From Macrostomum lignano (lineage: Eukaryota), in assembly GCA_002269645.1 (NCBI GenBank), contig NIVC01000032.1, forward strand, positions 1,178,001-1,242,000: 64,000 nucleotides of DNA. Direction: 5' to 3'. Position numbers and translations under genes: made by a program. This document shows positions 10,452-22,417 of this stretch, piece after piece (within the stretch, counting starts at the first letter, position 1; every line of letters begins with the position of its first letter). A model generated the notes under the pieces. It saw only the letters and a program-made list of their open reading frames with translations. It was not told where the DNA came from and searched no databases.

Positions 10452-13400
10452 TTATAGATCGATATTCTCCAACTTCTCCTTCACCCATCTGATCTTCTCC
10501 TCGTCCTGCGTCTCCATGGCAACGCGTCTCTCGTCCTTGATGGTCTCCATGTGACGCAGACTGAGCTCCACATGCTCGCGGCAGTCGCTATAGCGAGCCA
10601 GAGTGAGCAGCTCCTCCAAGTCCGGGTCTTCTTGCAGTTCCTCGAGCCACACATCTAATGCGATTGGCTGGAATGCTTGGAGCAGCTCAGCTTGAATACT
10701 CCAGCTCAGGCAGCGGAAGTTCACGTACAGGTGAGAGGAGAGAGGCTGCGACAGTCTGGCTGTGAGCAGAGTCTGCGTGAACTCGGGAAGGAATGGGAAG
10801 CGAGGCGGAGAGTCGCAGGGGAGGCAGAACCTCCACGCCCAGTCGCAATCAAGAGAGCACAAAGTACCAACTTCTTTTGGACTCAAACCGCATTTGACTC
10901 TGGTCTTCTGGAGCTCCATCGCGAGTTTCTCAGCCTCCTCAACTTCTCCGAACTTTAAATGCGACATGGCGGTCAGACACAGGGCTGCACACTTGCACCA
11001 CTGCTGCTTATTCAGGAGACTGAGTTGCCTCATCAGTGTGTCTCTGTTGCTCGATTCCAACTGCAACTCGCTCACACACTGGTGCACCACACTGTACACG
11101 TCAGCGAACTTATAATGCATATCAGGGTAAGAAGTACCTTCTCTGATCTTAGTCGCAGCGGGTGGCGCTGTCAGAGGCAGCAGGGTGAACGGGTGAAAGT
11201 AGAAGCTCTCTGACTGCAGAGGTCTCACGAGCCTCTTCAGCTGCTCGACCACTCCATTGATGTCGCTTCTCATCTCGTTCAGTCGGTTTCGAACCCTTGC
11301 CTTCGTGTTGTCGAAGTCGCCGCCGATTCCAGCGTTCTTGAAGTAAAGTGGAGCGTCGGGCATGAAGAAGTGCGGCATGCACTCATCGGGCGAGTTGCGT
11401 GAGCTGATGAAGTTCAGCATCATGTCGAGGGACTCCAAAAGCCGAGCGATCAGATTCTGAGGTTGCCAAGCCTCAGCCGAAGGGTCTGTGCCGTTCTTCT
11501 CCAGCATGAAGAACAACAGAGTCTTTGCATGGTAGGTCTTGAGTCCAGGTGTGTCCAGAGTGTGAGGCAAGTGTCGCTTGAAGATGAACTTGATCATTGT
11601 GAACAGCTGGCCCTGCACTGTGCCAAGGTCCGCCATGATCTCTTTCTCTTGGAATCCGAAACTCACTCTGAGCTCGTTGGTCGAGTTCGGTCTGGTCGCC
11701 CTCACGAGATGAACGTCGCGAAAGTATTTCAGAATTTTTCTGATCATGTCATCACAGAAACTGCTGCAGCACCAGATGGCGTAGCACGTGTCCTGTGCAG
11801 GCCGCACACCGCACGCCCTGGCGGTCACTGCAGGTTGGCTGCCTGCAGAGAGCAGAGAGCGGAGAGTGCATTAAAATAAAAGCAAATATGCGATAAACTG
11901 TAGCTCACTCACCTGCTCCCACTGCCACTTGTGCGTGACCCTCCTTGACTATCAGCTTTGTGGCATCTCTGCAGGAGCTTCGAGATCTGTTACAGCCTCC
12001 TTCCAGATGGAACTCCTGCCCAGCAACCAGCACAGTCCAGTCGATGTCCGAGTCTGCAGCTGTCCTGCCGTTTACTTGGGCCAGACTGTTGGCCCAGCCC
12101 TCTGCGTAGCTGCCCGTTATCTGCCTGTCATCCTGCGTGAGGACTTCAGCGACTCCTTTTAGCCAGTGAGCCAAAGTCTGTTGACAATTTGCTCTCTCCT
12201 TTGTAAATCCCGCCTCGCTGAGCAGTTGATGCAGTTCCTCACTCAGCTGTCTGTATCGCTGAGAACTGTCTGTGGGCCTGTGGGGCAAAATTCCAATACA
12301 GGAAACTGCAAATGAACTGCTCAACACACGTTGTCGAACCAAAAGGAATGAAACCCACTGGAGAAGAACCGAATCGCGAGTAGCGGCTGCCTGCTGGGTT
12401 TCTGAGCATCTGCAATGTACAATGGAACTCTTGTGTTTTAATGTTTCTGTGCCGTAAGTAAATTTAGGGCACGATGCAGGGTCGCATGCTACTTGCATTA
12501 ATCTACTTGGGTCCAGCAGGCGCAGCACCTCTCGCTGCTCGAGTCGCTCTGCCAGCTGTGCGCACGTCAGACCCCGACCGTCTCGATGACTCGCATCCGC
12601 TCCTCTGTCCATCAGAGCCTTGGCTGCTCGCACGTGACCGGCTTCGCACGCTCGCGACAGAGCAGTCCGACCCTGACTGTCTTCGGCACTCACTGACGCA
12701 CCGAGATCCAGCAGTTTCTCAATGAGCTCGTGATGACCTGCATCAGCTGCCAGCATGAGAGCAGTAGCTCCAGTGCTGTCTGACTGATCAACATGCTCTG
12801 AGCTGAATCTCTCATCATTGATCAGTGTGACAGCAAGAGCGACGTGTCTTTGAGAGATGGCGACACGAAGCAGCTGAGTGACCTGAGCTGGCTGCATTCG
12901 AGAGAGCGTGTCGGTGAGAACAGAGTTCCTGCCTTCGATGGCCATCGCTGCGGTGAAGCTGAGGATGGGGCTGAATTGGACGAGCCAGTCAGGCTCGAGG
13001 CCAAAATCCGACACAACATTTTCTCTTAGGCGAGAGCATGCAGCCAGTGTGCAACGAAATCGGAAGTCTTCGGTCTCAATACGAGTATCCATTTTGAGAC
13101 GAAGATAGAAATACTTCACCACTTCTAAGTGATCCTCGCTTGCAGCAGAAAGCGCAGCATTCATGCAGCACTGATCTATTACATTCTGATGGTCGGCTAT
13201 CGCTTGCACCAGGAATTGCACCACCTCCAAATGACCCTTGATTGCGGCAGATTGCAAAGCCTCTATGCAGCACTGATTTCTTACACTTTGGTTAGGCATG
13301 GCTTCCACCAGAAATTTAACCACTTCTAACTGGCCATGCTGGGCTGCCAAACGGCAGTTAGTTGCGCAGAACATTGTCTTACTTTGCTCAGTTTGCAGAT

Positions 13401-13507
13401 GCTGAAATCGAGCTTTCACAGTCGCCACTATTCCGGTGGTGACTGCCTCATCAATGCTTGGCGTTTGATCCATCCTCTTTATGATTTCGCTACTGAACTT
13501 CTGGGCC
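10452..13507 (-). CDS. Ankyrin-repeat + cGAS-like receptor (Mab-21/cGLR nucleotidyltransferase) with helical C-terminal tail
   Basis: ANK repeats (GHLEVVQFLV, GATALMLAADAGHHELIEKLLDLGA, GRTALSRACEAGHVRAAKALMDRGA). NTase motifs ITGSYAEGW and DSDIDW, third Asp in QDTCYA. Mab-21 C-lobe ELRVSFGFQEKEIM, LKTYHAKTLLFFMLEK, MPHFFMP. An 85-nt intron lies at 11912-11828 (gcag|gtgagt...ctgcag|tg). A further intron probably lies within about 12500-12280. Acceptor at 13507 and in-frame ATG at 13473. Confidence 0.88.
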
Positions 13508-14279
13508 CTGCAGAGATAAAAATGGTTTTATTTATCCATTAAAAGGTATTGGTTTGATTGCTTTCCGGGGTGTTCGTTGCGGCCGTCGATTGGTTGGGTA
13601 GCTGTGTAGACAGCTGGGTAAAATCATACCGCAATGTGCTACTTAGAGTAACACTCTAAGAAAAGTCAATCTACACTGTAAATCTGCAACCTATTTTTGA
13701 AATGAGTAATTCACAAACAGGGTGACTTACAAAATTTTACTGTAAATATAAGAGAAAATCGAACGCAACCAAGAAGACGCCCTTCAGGAGGATCAATTAC
13801 AGATACTAGAGACTCAGAGAAGTCATGCTTTAATTTTGCTCTTACTTTGAGTTCAATTAATCTTCTAAACTCTTGTTTTTAGCATTACTCTATCGCTCAT
13901 ATGAAAGTTTGTTGAGTCTGTTTGCTAACCTCATCACTTTGCTAGGAGTCGAGACTTTATTTAGCATGCGTACTTTGTATTTGCGCTGTCAAACTTTCAA
14001 GAATATAGCGCGCATCAGCCGTGACTCAGCTGCAAAATTTGTAGTTGTGCACTGTACTATGGCATGCGAGTAATCTTAACTTAGATTCATAATCTGGAGA
14101 CGCTTTTCAAGCAGTTCTTGAATAACGAATCACGTGTTCGCTTTAGCATACCTGCACTGATAAAAATAGCAATATAGGAAAGTGAGAGTAGAAGTGAAGG
14201 AGACACGTGGGTTGAGATAGAACAAATTGATAAGGACAGTTAAGAGAGCACAGGCGCTCACCTTTACTGTTGCTGTCTT

Positions 14280-16345
14280 AGTCACCGGTGCTTCTCCTTG
14301 CTGCTGTCTCAGTCACCGGTGCTTCTGCTTGCTGCTGTCTCAGTCACCGGAACTTCTCCTTGCTGCTGTCTCAGTCACCGGAACCTCTCCTTGCTGCTGT
14401 CTCAGTCACCGGAACTTCTCCTTGCTGCTATCTATGTCACCGGAACTTCTCCTTGCTGCTGTCTCTGTCACCTGAACTTCTCCTTGCTGCTATCTCAGTC
14501 ACCGGAACTTCTCCTTGCTGCTGTCTCTGTCACCTGAACTTCTCCTTGCTGCTATCTCAGTCACCGGAACTTCTCCTTGCTGCTATCTCAGTCACCGGAA
14601 CTTCTCCTTGCTGCTATCTCAGTCACCGGAACTTCTCCTTGCTGCTATCTCAGTCACCGGAACTTCTCCTTGCTGCTGTTTCAGTCACAGGTGCTTTCTC
14701 CTTGCTGCTGTCTCTGTCACCTGAACTTCTCCTTGCTGCTGTCTCTGTCACCTGAACTTCTCCTTGCTGCTATCTCAGTCACCGGAACTTCTCCTTGCTG
14801 CTATCTCAGTCACCGGAACTTCTCCTTGCTGCTGTCTCTGTCACCTGAACTTCTCCTTGCTGCTGTCTCTGTCACCTGAACTTCTCCTTGCTGCTATCTC
14901 AGTCACCGGAACTTCTCCTTGCTGCTATCTCAGTCACCGGAACTTCTCCTTGCTGCTGTCTCAGTCACCGGAACTTCTCCTTGCTGCTATCTCAGTCACC
15001 GGAACTTCTCCTTGCTGCTATCTCAGTCACCGGAACTTCTCCTTGCTGCTATCTCAGTCACCGGAACTTCTCCTTGCTGCTATCTCAGTCACCGGAACTT
15101 CTCCTTGCTGCTATCTCAGTCACCGGAACTTCTCCTTGCTGCTGTCTCTGTCACCTGAACTTCTCCTTGCTGCTATCTCAGTCACCGGAACTTCTCCTTG
15201 CTGCTGTCTCAGTCACCGGAACTTCTCCTTGCTGCTATCTCAGTCACCGGAACTTCTCCTTGCTGCTGTCTCAGTCACCGGAACTTCTCCTTGCTGCTGT
15301 CTCTGTCACCGGAACTTCTCCTTGCTGCTGTCTCAGTCACCGGAACTTCTCCTTGCTGCTGTCTCAGTCACCGGAACTTCTCCTTGCTGCTGTCTCAGTC
15401 ACCGGAACTTCTCCTTGCTGCTATCTCAGTCACCGGAACTTCTCCTTGCTGCTGTCTCAGTCACCGGAACTTCTCCTTGCTGCTATCTCAGTCACCGGAA
15501 CTTCTCCTTGCTGCTGTCTCAGTCACCGGAACTTCTCCTTGCTGCTGTCTCAGTCACAGGTGCTTTCTCCTTGCTGCTGTCTCAGTTACCGGAGCTTCTC
15601 CTTGCTGCAGTCTCAGTTACCGGAGCTTCTCCTTGCTGCAGTCTCAGTCTCCGGTGCTTCTCCTTGCTGCAGTCTCAGTCACCGGAGCTTCTTCTTGCTG
15701 CTGTCTCAGTCACCGGTGCTTTCTCCTTGCTGCAGTCTCAGTCACCGGTGCTTTCTCCTTGCTGCTGTCTCAGTCGCCAGAGCTTCTCCTTGCTGCAGTC
15801 TCAGTCGCCAGAGCTTCTCCTTGCTGCAGTCTCAGTCACCGGTGCTTCTCCTTGCTGCAGTCTCAGTCACCGGAACTTCTCCTTGCTGCTGTCTCAGTCA
15901 CCGGTGCTTCTCCTTGCTGCAGTCTCAGTCACCGGTGCTTCTCCTTGCTGCAGTCTCAGTCACCGGTGCTTCTCCTTGCTGCAGTCTCAGTCACCGGTGC
16001 TTCTCTTTGCTGCAGTCTCAGTCACCGGTGCTTCTCCTTGCTGCTGTCTCAGTCACCGGTGCTTCTCCTTGCTGCAGTCTCAGTCACCGGTGCTTTTTCC
16101 TTGCTGCTGTCTCAGTCACCGGTGTTTTCTCCTTGCTGCTGTCTCAGTCACCGGTGCTTTCTCCTTGCTGCTGTCTCAGTCACAGGTGCTTTCTCCTTGC
16201 TGCTGTCTCAGTCACCGGTGTTTTCTCCTTGCTGCTGTCTCAGTCACAGGTGCTTTCTCCTTGCTGCTATCTCAGTCACAGGTGCTTTCTCCTTGCTGCT
16301 GTCTCAGTCACAGGTGCTTTCTCCTTGCTACTGACTCAGTCGCAG
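14280..16345. repeat. 31/32-bp minisatellite (CAGTCACCGGAACTTCTCCTTGCTGCTGTCT)
   Basis: Direct tandem array; 31-bp units dominate on the left and 32-bp units appear on the right. Confidence 0.95.
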
Positions 16346-17301
16346 CTGATGCAGACCTAAATTGGTAGTTTAACTTCCTGCAGACTGCAGAGTCAGATAA
16401 AATTGCTGTTTACGATAGCTACAAGCGTAAATGGCTTTATGTGCAACGCGCGTAGCTCCTATCTGCTTCTGCAAGCGACCCGCAGTTCTCTAAGTGAATG
16501 TACATATGTACAAACGCGTGCAAATATGCGCAAAACTCTCGTATATGGAGGGGAAGGCTATGTACAGAGGACGGAAAAGGGGGTAGAGAATGAAACGCCT
16601 GTATTGTGATACGGATAGGAACATAATTCATGCACGGCTAGGCAAGGACAGCAACTGTAAAAGTCTATAATTGAAATTTGAATCTAATTTTACTTTCCAA
16701 CCGAGGGTTTTCTAAATATTTACACCTTTTCTGTTCAATTTCAACAAAGCTCACATTCAATTTCGGCATATTTTTGGCGCGCTGTTTTTAGTGTACTGTA
16801 TTAAGCTTCAACAGACCCTCTTAAACTAACAACAAATACGGTAACTGACTGTGGGAGACAGAGCCCGCCTTCACAATGCACACGAGAACGGGCAGAATTG
16901 CCATCTGGCGCAACTCATAAAGCCACCGATCTGTCTCTGCCCTCGCACCTTTATGTTTAATTTTATTTGTTAAAATTGAATGCAGCATGCCGAAATTGAA
17001 TGGGTCCTTGCCGAATTCCAATGACGGTTCAAGTAGCTAAATATAAAATGATGAAATCGAATATGAGCCTGCCGAAACTGAATGACAGTTTAGTTGAAAT
17101 CGAACGGTAAAAGGTTTACTTAACTTTGGGTAGCTTCTCGCTCACTATTAAGTACCTTCAGTCGTCGCCATGACTGAAGTTCAACTGATTTTAACTGCGC
17201 ATTGTTTTTTATCCTTGCGTCAACTAACAATCGATTTATTTTTGTCAACAATTTTTATAACGCTTAGATTACGCGACCTCCATTTCAATTTGTTTCACAA
17301 T

Positions 17302-17430
17302 GGGGTCGTACTATAAAGCTGTCGTAGCGTAAGTTCTACACTGCGTTTTAATTTCAAACTTTTACACTGCGGAGGTACATGTAGGAGCTAAAAACGATCT
17401 TATCTTACCATGGGTTTATAGAACGGGCCC
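17302..17430. mobile_element. Small MITE, possibly PIF/Harbinger-like
   Basis: Imperfect TIRs GGGGTCGTACTATAAA / TTTATAGAACGGGCCC, flanked by AAT on both sides (17299-17301, 17431-17433). Confidence 0.45.
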
Positions 17431-17821
17431 AATGTCTCTTCGCGAGATTGTTTGTACGAGCTAATCATTGCTTATGAGTACATGTACATAAGAGATTGAA
17501 TTAAAAGTCGGAAGAATAACACCTCTAATTGTTGACACCTGCCAAATTCGTGTCTAATTAATAATCATGACGCTTTCACGACGTTACGACAGTTGGTCGT
17601 TGGTTACCGACTGTTTTGAGGGACACTGCAGGAGCAACAATAAAAAAAATGATTCACTTTAAAAAGTCGGTTTTCTGTTATTTATGATTGCTTCAACTTC
17701 TTTAGATTTATTTGCTCAAAGTGATAAATAGCTACTATCTTCAATTGCAGGGGTGTCAATGGAAGGAAGGATCCTAAGCATAAAATCAGTCAAGTATTTC
17801 AGAGTCATCGAGTTGAAAAGC

Positions 17822-18607
17822 TCAACGCGGTGTCATGATATGCCGGCCCCCATCTACGGGAACGATGGTGCCAGTGATGAAGCTCGCAGCATCCGAGGCT
17901 AGAAAGGCCACCACAGTGGCCACCTCCTCCGGTTGGCCGGCCCTGCCCAGAGCGTGCGTGGTCTTGGACCGCTCCAGGAAGGCGGCGTAGGCTTCATCGG
18001 ACATGCCCGATCGCTTGTGAATCTCCGTGACAATCACGCCAGGATTCACCGAGTTCACGCGAACACTCTTCGACGCTAAGTCGAGCGCCGTACACCTGGT
18101 GAACTGGTCCAAAGAGGCTTTAGTCATGCAGTAGGTCATGACGTTTGGAAAGGCGCAATTACCAGCTACGGAGGACACGTTAACAACGCTGCCCCGACCG
18201 GAGGCGATCAGATGCGGCACGGCGGCTTGAGTCAGCTCGATCGCTGTGTCAACATTCAATCGGCGAAGTCCTTCAGCAGCGCTAGACGAATAAGTCTTAA
18301 CGGTGTCGTTGAGAAGAGCTCCAGCAGCGTTGACAAGAATGTGCAGGCGGCCGAACGCGTTGATGGCTGCTGGCACAACTTTGGCCAAATCAGCTGGTTG
18401 AAGCAGATCAGCAGAGAGAGTTGCTGCTGAGCTGTCCGACCCGACCTGCTTGCAGGCGGCCAGAGTCTCGTCCAGAGCGGTCTGGCTGCGGCCAACAAGC
18501 AGGACTCGAGCGCCGAGGCGAACCAGCTGGACAGCCACGGCTCGACCGATGCCAGAACTGGCCCCGGTTACTATGGCAACGCGATCGGTTAGGGATAGGG
18601 AGTCCAT
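17822..18607 (-). CDS. Classical short-chain dehydrogenase/reductase (FabG-like), intronless, about 261 aa
   Basis: TGASSGIG NAD(P)-binding motif, VNAAG, NVSS, YCMTK catalytic motif, VNSVNPG and DGG tail; ATG at 18607. Confidence 0.93.
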   Translation of the reverse strand: MDSLSLTDRVAIVTGASSGIGRAVAVQLVRLGARVLLVGRSQTALDETLAACKQVGSDSSAATLSADLLQPADLAKVVPAAINAFGRLHILVNAAGALLNDTVKTYSSSAAEGLRRLNVDTAIELTQAAVPHLIASGRGSVVNVSSVAGNCAFPNVMTYCMTKASLDQFTRCTALDLASKSVRVNSVNPGVIVTEIHKRSGMSDEAYAAFLERSKTTHALGRAGQPEEVATVVAFLASDAASFITGTIVPVDGGRHIMTPR

Positions 18608-18648
18608 GAATGAGCGAGGCGTATACTTGTACTTTTCAATGTGCGCTA

Positions 18649-18789
18649 GTTGCCATGGCGATACTGCTAAGGTGCCTATTCTAGAATCTCGAATTTGTAG
18701 GCCAGAAATCAACAGCCTAGAGACGATAGGGGGCCTATAGATAACTCGGCCCGGATTATCTTATCAATTACGCTAGTTGCTATAGCAAC
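18649..18789. promoter_or_regulatory. Two RFX X-box motifs upstream of the SDR ATG
   Basis: GTTGCCATGGCGAT at 18649-18662 and the palindrome GTTGCTATAGCAAC at 18776-18789; both are preceded by CGCTA. Confidence 0.6.
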
Positions 18790-18819
18790 AACAATACTAG
18801 GGAACCACTTTTAGATTAA

Positions 18820-19165
18820 AGCCGGGACTGTGTGCACCCTGGCACACTTTAAGCGATATTGTCGCACAACCGGCGAGAGGCATTGCTGCCAATTCAGCCG
18901 ACTCCCCTGAGCAGGCACACAGGCGCGCGGATACGTACGCAGTCATACGCACAGCACACACTCACACAGGAGTGTACAGCGGCCCTAACTTTATTTATCG
19001 TTAGGCATGTACACTTCACTGTGCCTTGGGGGTTGGGCCTCAAAGGCGTTAATTGCACGAGCAGAGCCAAGCCGAGATTCCAATTTAGCCCCAAATTAAT
19101 GTGACTGCACTTGGAGTCGAGCCTGGGCCGCTGGGGCATCAGAGCCTGCGCTGGACCACTGGGCT
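18820..19165 (-). mobile_element. tRNA-derived SINE, family A copy 1
   Basis: Highly similar to 24942-25313; B-box-like GGCTCGACTCC on the minus strand; no clear TSD. Confidence 0.8.
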
Positions 19166-19316
19166 CTACATGGATTAATAAAGTAAAAAAAGGTAAAAGA
19201 AAAACATTTTCAATTCCATCGTACCATAAACTGACTGTTACATTTATATTTGAATCGGGTACAAGATTATTGCTAAAACATGTCAGTTTAATAATTCCAC
19301 ATTTTCAGACATTTTT

Positions 19317-20811
19317 TCATTGATTGTCGTCTTCTTCACTTTCTTCCTCCTCCTCTCCGTCATCACTTGAGCCACCATCGGACTCTCCCAGCCGGTGCCG
19401 GATCCAAGCCGAAGCCTGAGCGGCAGTCTCAAACTGTTCCGCCTGCAACAGTCGCAGAAACGTTCGCTTGTCCCGTTCGCGCAGCTGCTGCACCTCCGAG
19501 TCGAGGCTGGCAGCTGCGGCCGCCGCCGCTCCGGCTGACTGATTTGCCAGCGATGGCGCCTCTGCCGGGGTCAGCTCTCGCTGCTGGGCGCACTTCTGAC
19601 ATTCGGCTCGATCACGGGCGCAGCTCTGACACACCTGGGAGAGAGAGATTTATTAATTATTAATAGTTGAATAATTTAATGACGAATGTTCATAGAATAC
19701 AATAGTAAACGGGTCATAGTGCTACTGGTCATACCCAAAGAAACTGGTCATAGTGCTACTGGTCATACCCAAAGAAACTGGTCATAGTGCTACTAGTCAT
19801 ACCCAAAGAAACTGGTCATAGTGCTACTAGTCATGCCCATAGAAACTGGTCATAGTGCTACTAGTCATGCCCATAGAAACTGGTCATAGTGCTACTAGTC
19901 ATGCCCATAGAAACTGGTCATAGTGCTACTAGTCATGCCCATAGAAACTGGTCATAGTGCTACTAGTCATGATCATAGAAACTGGTCATAGTGCTACTAG
20001 TCATGCCCATAGAAACTGGTCATAGTGCTACTGGTCATACCCAAAGAAACTGGTCATAGTGCTACTAGTCATACCCAAAGAAACTGGTCATAGTGCTACT
20101 AGTCATGCCCATAGAAACTGGTCATTGTGCTACTAGTCATGCCCATAGAAACTGGTCATAGTGCTACTAGTCATGCCCATAGAAACTGGTCATAGTGCTA
20201 CTAGTCATGCCCATAGAAACTGGTCATAGTGCTACTAGTCATGCCCATAGAAACTGGTCATAGTGCTACTAGTCATGATCATAGAAACTGGTCATAGTGC
20301 TACTAGTCATGCCCATAGAAACTGGTCATAGTGCTACTAGTCATGCCCATAGAAACTGGTCATTGTGCTACTAGTCATGCCCATAAAAACTGGTCATTGT
20401 GCTACTAGTCATGCCCATAGAAACTGGTCATTGTGCTACTAGTCATGCCCATAAAAACTGGTCATAGTGTGGAAGCTCATTCACTATACCAAAATAGATG
20501 ACTAAATCAAAAGCTTGACAAGCAACCAATAAAATCCGTACACATTTTCAACTCACAGTGAAATAAGCGCTCTGTATGCACCGTTTCTCGCAACGCACGC
20601 ACTTCCTTGGCTGAGTAGGCAGCTTGTACTTTTTATACTTCACCTTCCAGTCTAAAATATCTTTGCAGCGCTGACAGGTGAGGCCGCCAAAATTCAGTTG
20701 ATTGACAGTTTTTGTACGCTGAGAAGTGTCATGGATGCTGTTCTTGAATGCATGACTATTCTGATGTTTCTGAGGCCTACTTCGATTGGCGTTGCCCCGT
20801 TGCGAGCTCAT
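19317..20811 (-). CDS. C9orf85: C9orf85 homolog (DUF2039), 2 exons, about 190 aa
   Basis: Exon 1 20811-20557 (MSSQRGNANRSRPQKHQN..AFKN...CQRCKDILDWKVKYKKYK...KCVRC...|gtgagt). Exon 2 19634-19317 (ctcccag|VCQSCA...acidic tail). Phase-0 join. Confidence 0.92.
19710..20470. repeat. 34-bp minisatellite in the C9orf85 intron
   Basis: About 22 copies of AAACTGGTCATAGTGCTACTAGTCATGCCCATAG. Confidence 0.95.
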
Positions 20812-20944
20812 GGCAGTAAGATGTACATGTAGTTAAAGTCAGTGCGTGAAGTGATTTGACCTTTTACATTTATAACTTCTAATATGAGATAGTACGCATA
20901 CTAGACGAATGGTTTGTAATTATGGGTTCCTACCATGAGGCTCA

Positions 20945-21515
20945 TGCTGATGGCGGCGGTTAGATATAGGTTGGTTGCTATGGTGCGGTTGCTGTGGTGC
21001 GGTTGCTATTGTGTGGTTTCTATAGGTTGGTTGCTATGGTGGTGTCTATGGTGGTTGCTATGGGTTGGTAGCTACGGTGGTTGCTATGGTGGTGTCTATG
21101 GTGGTTGCTATGGTGGTGTCTATGGTGGTTGCTATGGGTTGGTAGCTACGGTGGTTGCTATGGTGCGGTTGCTATGGGGTGGTTTATATAGGTTGGTTGC
21201 TATGGTGCAGTTGCTATGGTGCGGTTGCTATGGTGTGGTTTATACAGGTTGGTTGCTATGGTGTGGTTGCTGTAGGTTTGGTTGTTATGGTGTGGTTGCT
21301 ATGATGCGGTTGCTTTGGTGGTTCCTATGGTGCGGTTGCTATAGTGCGGTTGCTATGGTGTGGTTTTTATAGGTTGGTTGCTATAGAGTGGTTGCTATGG
21401 TGTGGTTGCTATGGATTGGTTGCTATGGTGTGGTTGCTATGGATTGGTTGCTATGGTGTGGTTGCTATGGATTGGTTGCTATGGTGTGGTTGCTATGGTG
21501 TTGTTGCTATGGATG
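20945..21515. repeat. Irregular GGTTGCTATGG-based tandem repeat
   Basis: Dozens of GTTGCTATGG cores separated by short variable spacers. Confidence 0.9.
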
Positions 21516-21775
21516 GCAAAGTTATGCATGCTCGCTAAACGGTAAGAGGAATGGCATGGTTCTATCAGTTTGTTTAAATACAAACACACTTGAAAAATGA
21601 ATACAGAAATTATTAGCTATTAAATTCTGTTCAATACCAACGCCAATCGATATAAAATTGGAAGATGCTACAATACAAAAAAACTTTTCGTTAACAAAAA
21701 TGCCGATTTCATTATGTATTTTTCTAAACAGTTTGAAACAGTTTAATAATTAAAATTAGCATAGCGCTAGACACA

Positions 21776-22417
21776 TCAGTCCCAGGCATCGCTAATTACA
21801 GGATCAGCCGGTGAAAGCCTCAACTCTCCCCACTCCGCCTCGTTGATATCAGAGTCCCTGAGGGCACCCGACAGCAGAATCCAGCGAGAGAAACAGCCAA
21901 CATCAATTGGTCTCAATCGAGTCCAGCGCGGTTTCAAATGCTCGCAAGTGTGATCGGGCAGTCGACAGTCCGAGCTCAGCTCCGTAGCCCATAGCAACGA
22001 GACAAATCCCAGATTTAACCGTCTCAATTGTTGAGCATCTCTCAATTGGCACAGTCGGTTAATAAACTCAGCGCATCGGGGACTTCTAACCGATGGGGAT
22101 AATTGTCCCAACTGTAGGCTGCACTGTCGCAACTGATTAGTGTAATCCCCGTAGCTTGGATTGTTTCGCCAAGCCACAATGCCTAATGAGGCCACAAACA
22201 GGTAAGCTAGAGTTTTACGCGGTGCAGACTCCATGTCGGCCAGGGCTTCCGCGGCAGCTTGTCGGTAATCTACTAGAAGCCGGCGCAGATAAGAGGACAG
22301 ATTCGAATACTGACGATGCCAGAAATTTGCTTTCAACTTTTCCTGCTGCTGGGTCTCTAAGGCTGCCGTGCAAAGTCGACGAATGAGAACGAGTCGAGCC
22401 ATGGAGATGATTGGCAT
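21776..22417 (-). CDS. TIMM29: Mitochondrial TIM22 complex subunit Tim29 homolog, intronless
   Basis: LLVDYRQAA.EAL.DM..AP.K..AYL, a hydrophobic TM, NPS, LRRLNLGFVSLLW, DC...C.HLKP, IDVG and D.DINE.EW match the Tim29 pattern. The start could be 22417 or 22402. Confidence 0.85.
   Translation of the reverse strand: MPIISMARLVLIRRLCTAALETQQQEKLKANFWHRQYSNLSSYLRRLLVDYRQAAAEALADMESAPRKTLAYLFVASLGIVAWRNNPSYGDYTNQLRQCSLQLGQLSPSVRSPRCAEFINRLCQLRDAQQLRRLNLGFVSLLWATELSSDCRLPDHTCEHLKPRWTRLRPIDVGCFSRWILLSGALRDSDINEAEWGELRLSPADPVISDAWD

Noticed and set aside
14227-16368. Long plus-strand ORFs (up to 534 aa; LLLSQSPELL...)
   Set aside because: They occur in all three frames because the 31-bp unit has no plus-strand stop codon; there is no protein signal.
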